Source: the human T2T-CHM13v2.0 reference genome, Homo sapiens. Taken from it: a stretch of DNA of 64,000 nucleotides. Both the position numbers and the translations under genes were made by a program. Under the pieces are notes generated by a model. That model saw nothing but the letters and a program-made list of their open reading frames with translations. It did not search any database and was not told where the DNA came from. Within the stretch, counting starts at the first letter, position 1; every line of letters starts with the position of its first letter. The stretch lies in the NCBI RefSeq assembly GCF_009914755.1, contig NC_060938.1; one strand, written 5' to 3'. Positions 60,351-64,000 of the stretch are shown in pieces.

Positions 60351-63344
60351 CAGGGTACAGGAGCCCCGATGATAGTGGCAGAAAATTAAATTTGGATAGT
60401 ATTTGTTAAGCTTGCTTTCCTAGCTAGCTGCCCCCTCCACTACCATTTCCATCTTAAGACAGGCTTTCCAGGTGGCAGAGGATGGGTTTTCTGATCAGTT
60501 AGGAAAAAGAGCGTGCTCCCCCAATGTCTGAATTTCTGTGATGGGCTGTTTCCACTTGCCAAGCCCAGCGGTGGTACCTGCAAGCTTATGCGATAGTAGC
60601 AAAGTGGGATTTATAAGGCCTGGAGGAGGTGTGAGCTTGCCAGAGGCCGCTTCAGATAGTCAGTGCCTGGTGGGTTAGTGAATCATTGCAGAACAACCTC
60701 AAGGGCTCCAGCCTTCCTGCAAGCCAGTCAAACAAAAAGAAAACATAACAGAGTTTCCTTTATTCAGCATAAAGGGATGGCTGGCTAGCTGTTGAAGCTT
60801 TTCCCTCAGAATTCTGATTTTTATTCTGAAAATCTGAGTTTTGTTTCTTGTTCACCTCCAACAAGTTAGGATGTCAACTACAGATGACAGGTAAACATGC
60901 CTCCAAATGTGCTGTGGCACTCTGTCACATGCCTAGTTCTACAGCTAGAACCCAAGGAGTTTGGATGATCCAGTTTATTTCCCCAGTTTTAGACGAAATT
61001 CAGATAGAAAAAATGGGGACAAAAACCAGGTGATTAAGGGACTAAGATTCTCAAGGGGTAAATAAAAGTGATTGTTGGCTTTGCTTGTTGTATTTAAATT
61101 AAATGTTAATCTTTTTATGTTAGAGATTCTTAGGCCTGCCACTTGGCTTCATTAAGAATCCCTGGATGGATTTTAGGGGATCTGTGAAAATCCCGACATT
61201 TATGCAGATAATTTTTGATGTAAATGTGAAAGTGCTTGGGGGATGCATAACTTCATCTAGGTTTCCATGTGCTAAATCTTTTCTATTGGGATATGTCTCC
61301 AAGTTGCACTCATAAAAAACTTTGATCCAGTGGTACATAGCTTTCACACTCAACAGCAAAATGTCCTTAACTCACCACTGAGACAACAGAAACTCCACTC
61401 TGTTAAGAGCCAACAGTCACAGGGGAAAGGACCCTGGCACAATAGTGACCTGGAGTCTAAGTCCCTGCTCTGCCCCATGTTAACTGTACCCACCAGTTAC
61501 CCACTGAAGACTCTTGTGACTTAACGTGAGGATCAAACACTGGAGTGTACGTGAAACCAATTTACAGATCACAAAATACATGGCTAGTGGCATTTATGAA
61601 AATAAATGCTGATGGGTTTCCACATGCTAGTGATAATTAAATGAACAATTATGTGAATAATTGTAATTACATGAATATTTGCATATTTTCTTCAACCATA
61701 TACTTATAAGGAAAATCAACATACTTCGGATTCCTGACCATTGTTAGTCATATTCATGTTTCATTATCTCATTTAATTCCCCAGAAAAACTCCTTATGGT
61801 TTATATACTACAGTTATCAACACACATCGCCCCACCCCCATCACCGCCACCACCAACTTTCTTTTAGCATTTGAGGAAAGAAGTGTAGAGAGGTTAAGTA
61901 ATTTGCCTAAGGCCACCCAGCTAACAAACACCAGGTTTCGACTTCAGATAAAGATCCCATTTACAAGAGGGGAATACTAGAAAAAGGGCACATTTTGTAC
62001 AGATTTAGGTAAATTTAATTCCTTGTGCATTTTGTGCAAAAGTACAGGAGTTTTAAATAGAGCAGCCACACTTGAGATGGTCAGTCTTCTCATATACTCT
62101 TTGCTGGAAAACTGTCCTTAACCCATTTATTTCCCCCCTTTGATTTCCTCCACAGTTCAGGTTCACTAGCGTCTTAATAAAATTGTGTACACATAGTTCC
62201 TTATTAGTGGCATCTAGCTTCTTTAACTAATTAGGCAGCCTTAGAAGGGAAAGAGCATCTCTGTCCCCCACTTCTACAACTTTTTCCAGTAACCCTTTGA
62301 ACTAAGAAGCATCATCTATGGCAGCCAATAGATGCCAAACTGAAACCACCAAATGGCTGAATATCTCAAAGTTAACTCAAAGTTAATTAGCAAGGACATA
62401 TCTCTTTTGTCTATAGCACCCAGTCATGAAGCTAATGAAGACAAAACAGACACATTTCGTGGCTTCCTGAGTTATAGGGAAATTAGGAAAACTACCATGA
62501 ACTCTGATCTACTTTCTTTTAAATTCTTTCTTATGCCTTCAGCACTGGCATGTGGGTTTGTTCAACAGACAGTCCTCCTATTTTGTTTCTCTTTAGCATA
62601 AAATCCTTAATAGCAAACTGTACGCTACATAGTTTGTGGATGTCCCAGAGAACAGAAAGACATCTATTCTTGATCTTTAATTATGTTTTAATTATATCTT
62701 GAGAACCAGTATCACAAAAAATGAGTTGCTGGAGGTCAAGACCCAAAAGCAAAAGCAAAACAAACAAACAAACAAACGAACAAACAAAACATTATGGATT
62801 ATAGTAGGTGCGTTGCTAAAAAAAAAAAAAATTATGAATGATGGTGTGATGGTGTGCTCCTGTACAGCACTCAGATTGCTGGAATAACAGACAAAAGCTT
62901 CTTCTTAGTAACATTTTGATACTTAAACAAGGAGGAATTGATGAAATGATTTGTTAAAGTGCTTTAGCCACTGCGGTGTGGTTTTGTAAAATATAAACTT
63001 GAAGTCAGGTAGCCGGGAAATTTTGCAAAAACAAAACAACCTATATTTTGAGGCTTGTCTTCTTGGGAATTCATCAGCTTTCTTTGTTGAGCTTTTCTGG
63101 TTCAGGCATCCCATATCCATCCCATTCAGAGCAGTATATAAATGACAGTGAGTATCAAGTAATAGAAAATCAGCCATGATTTATTAGGAATTCTCATGGC
63201 ATTACTACATCTCCCTTTCACTCACAGGACCAGGAACTTTGGTGTCCAGAATATTAGTGATCCTTATACTCAATCCTCTCATTTGACAGATGAGACTGAG
63301 ACCCACAAATATCAAGCTATAATCCACCTATTACTGGTAGAGTG

Positions 63345-64000
<656 letters not shown>

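Overview
Human genomic DNA, recognisable as the BMP4 locus (14q22.2). BMP4 lies on the minus strand: alternative non-coding first exons (~53100-52777 and ~50725-50648), a 125-nt non-coding exon 2, two coding exons (370+857 nt = 408 aa) and a poly(A) signal at ~45985. This haplotype carries Ala152 (c.455C). The MIR5580 hairpin is ~1.3 kb downstream. CpG islands lie at the gene, ~3 kb downstream and ~7 kb upstream. The first ~42 kb is repeat-rich intergenic DNA: Alus, MaLR LTRs, MER DNA transposons, L2/MIR, a decayed RPL23A retrocopy, and a young 5'-inverted L1 inserted into the middle of an Alu. I cannot support a wholly new gene system here. The best leads are (i) an isoform-dependent uORF architecture in the BMP4 5' leader, where two first exons end exactly in ATG and one uORF overlaps the main start, (ii) a two-fragment locally templated insertion inside a CA-rich repeat that creates a 69-bp inverted repeat 2 kb apart, and (iii) the twin-primed L1 with a ~1.6 kb internal gap. 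Repeat subfamily names are from memory of consensus sequences and their boundaries are approximate.
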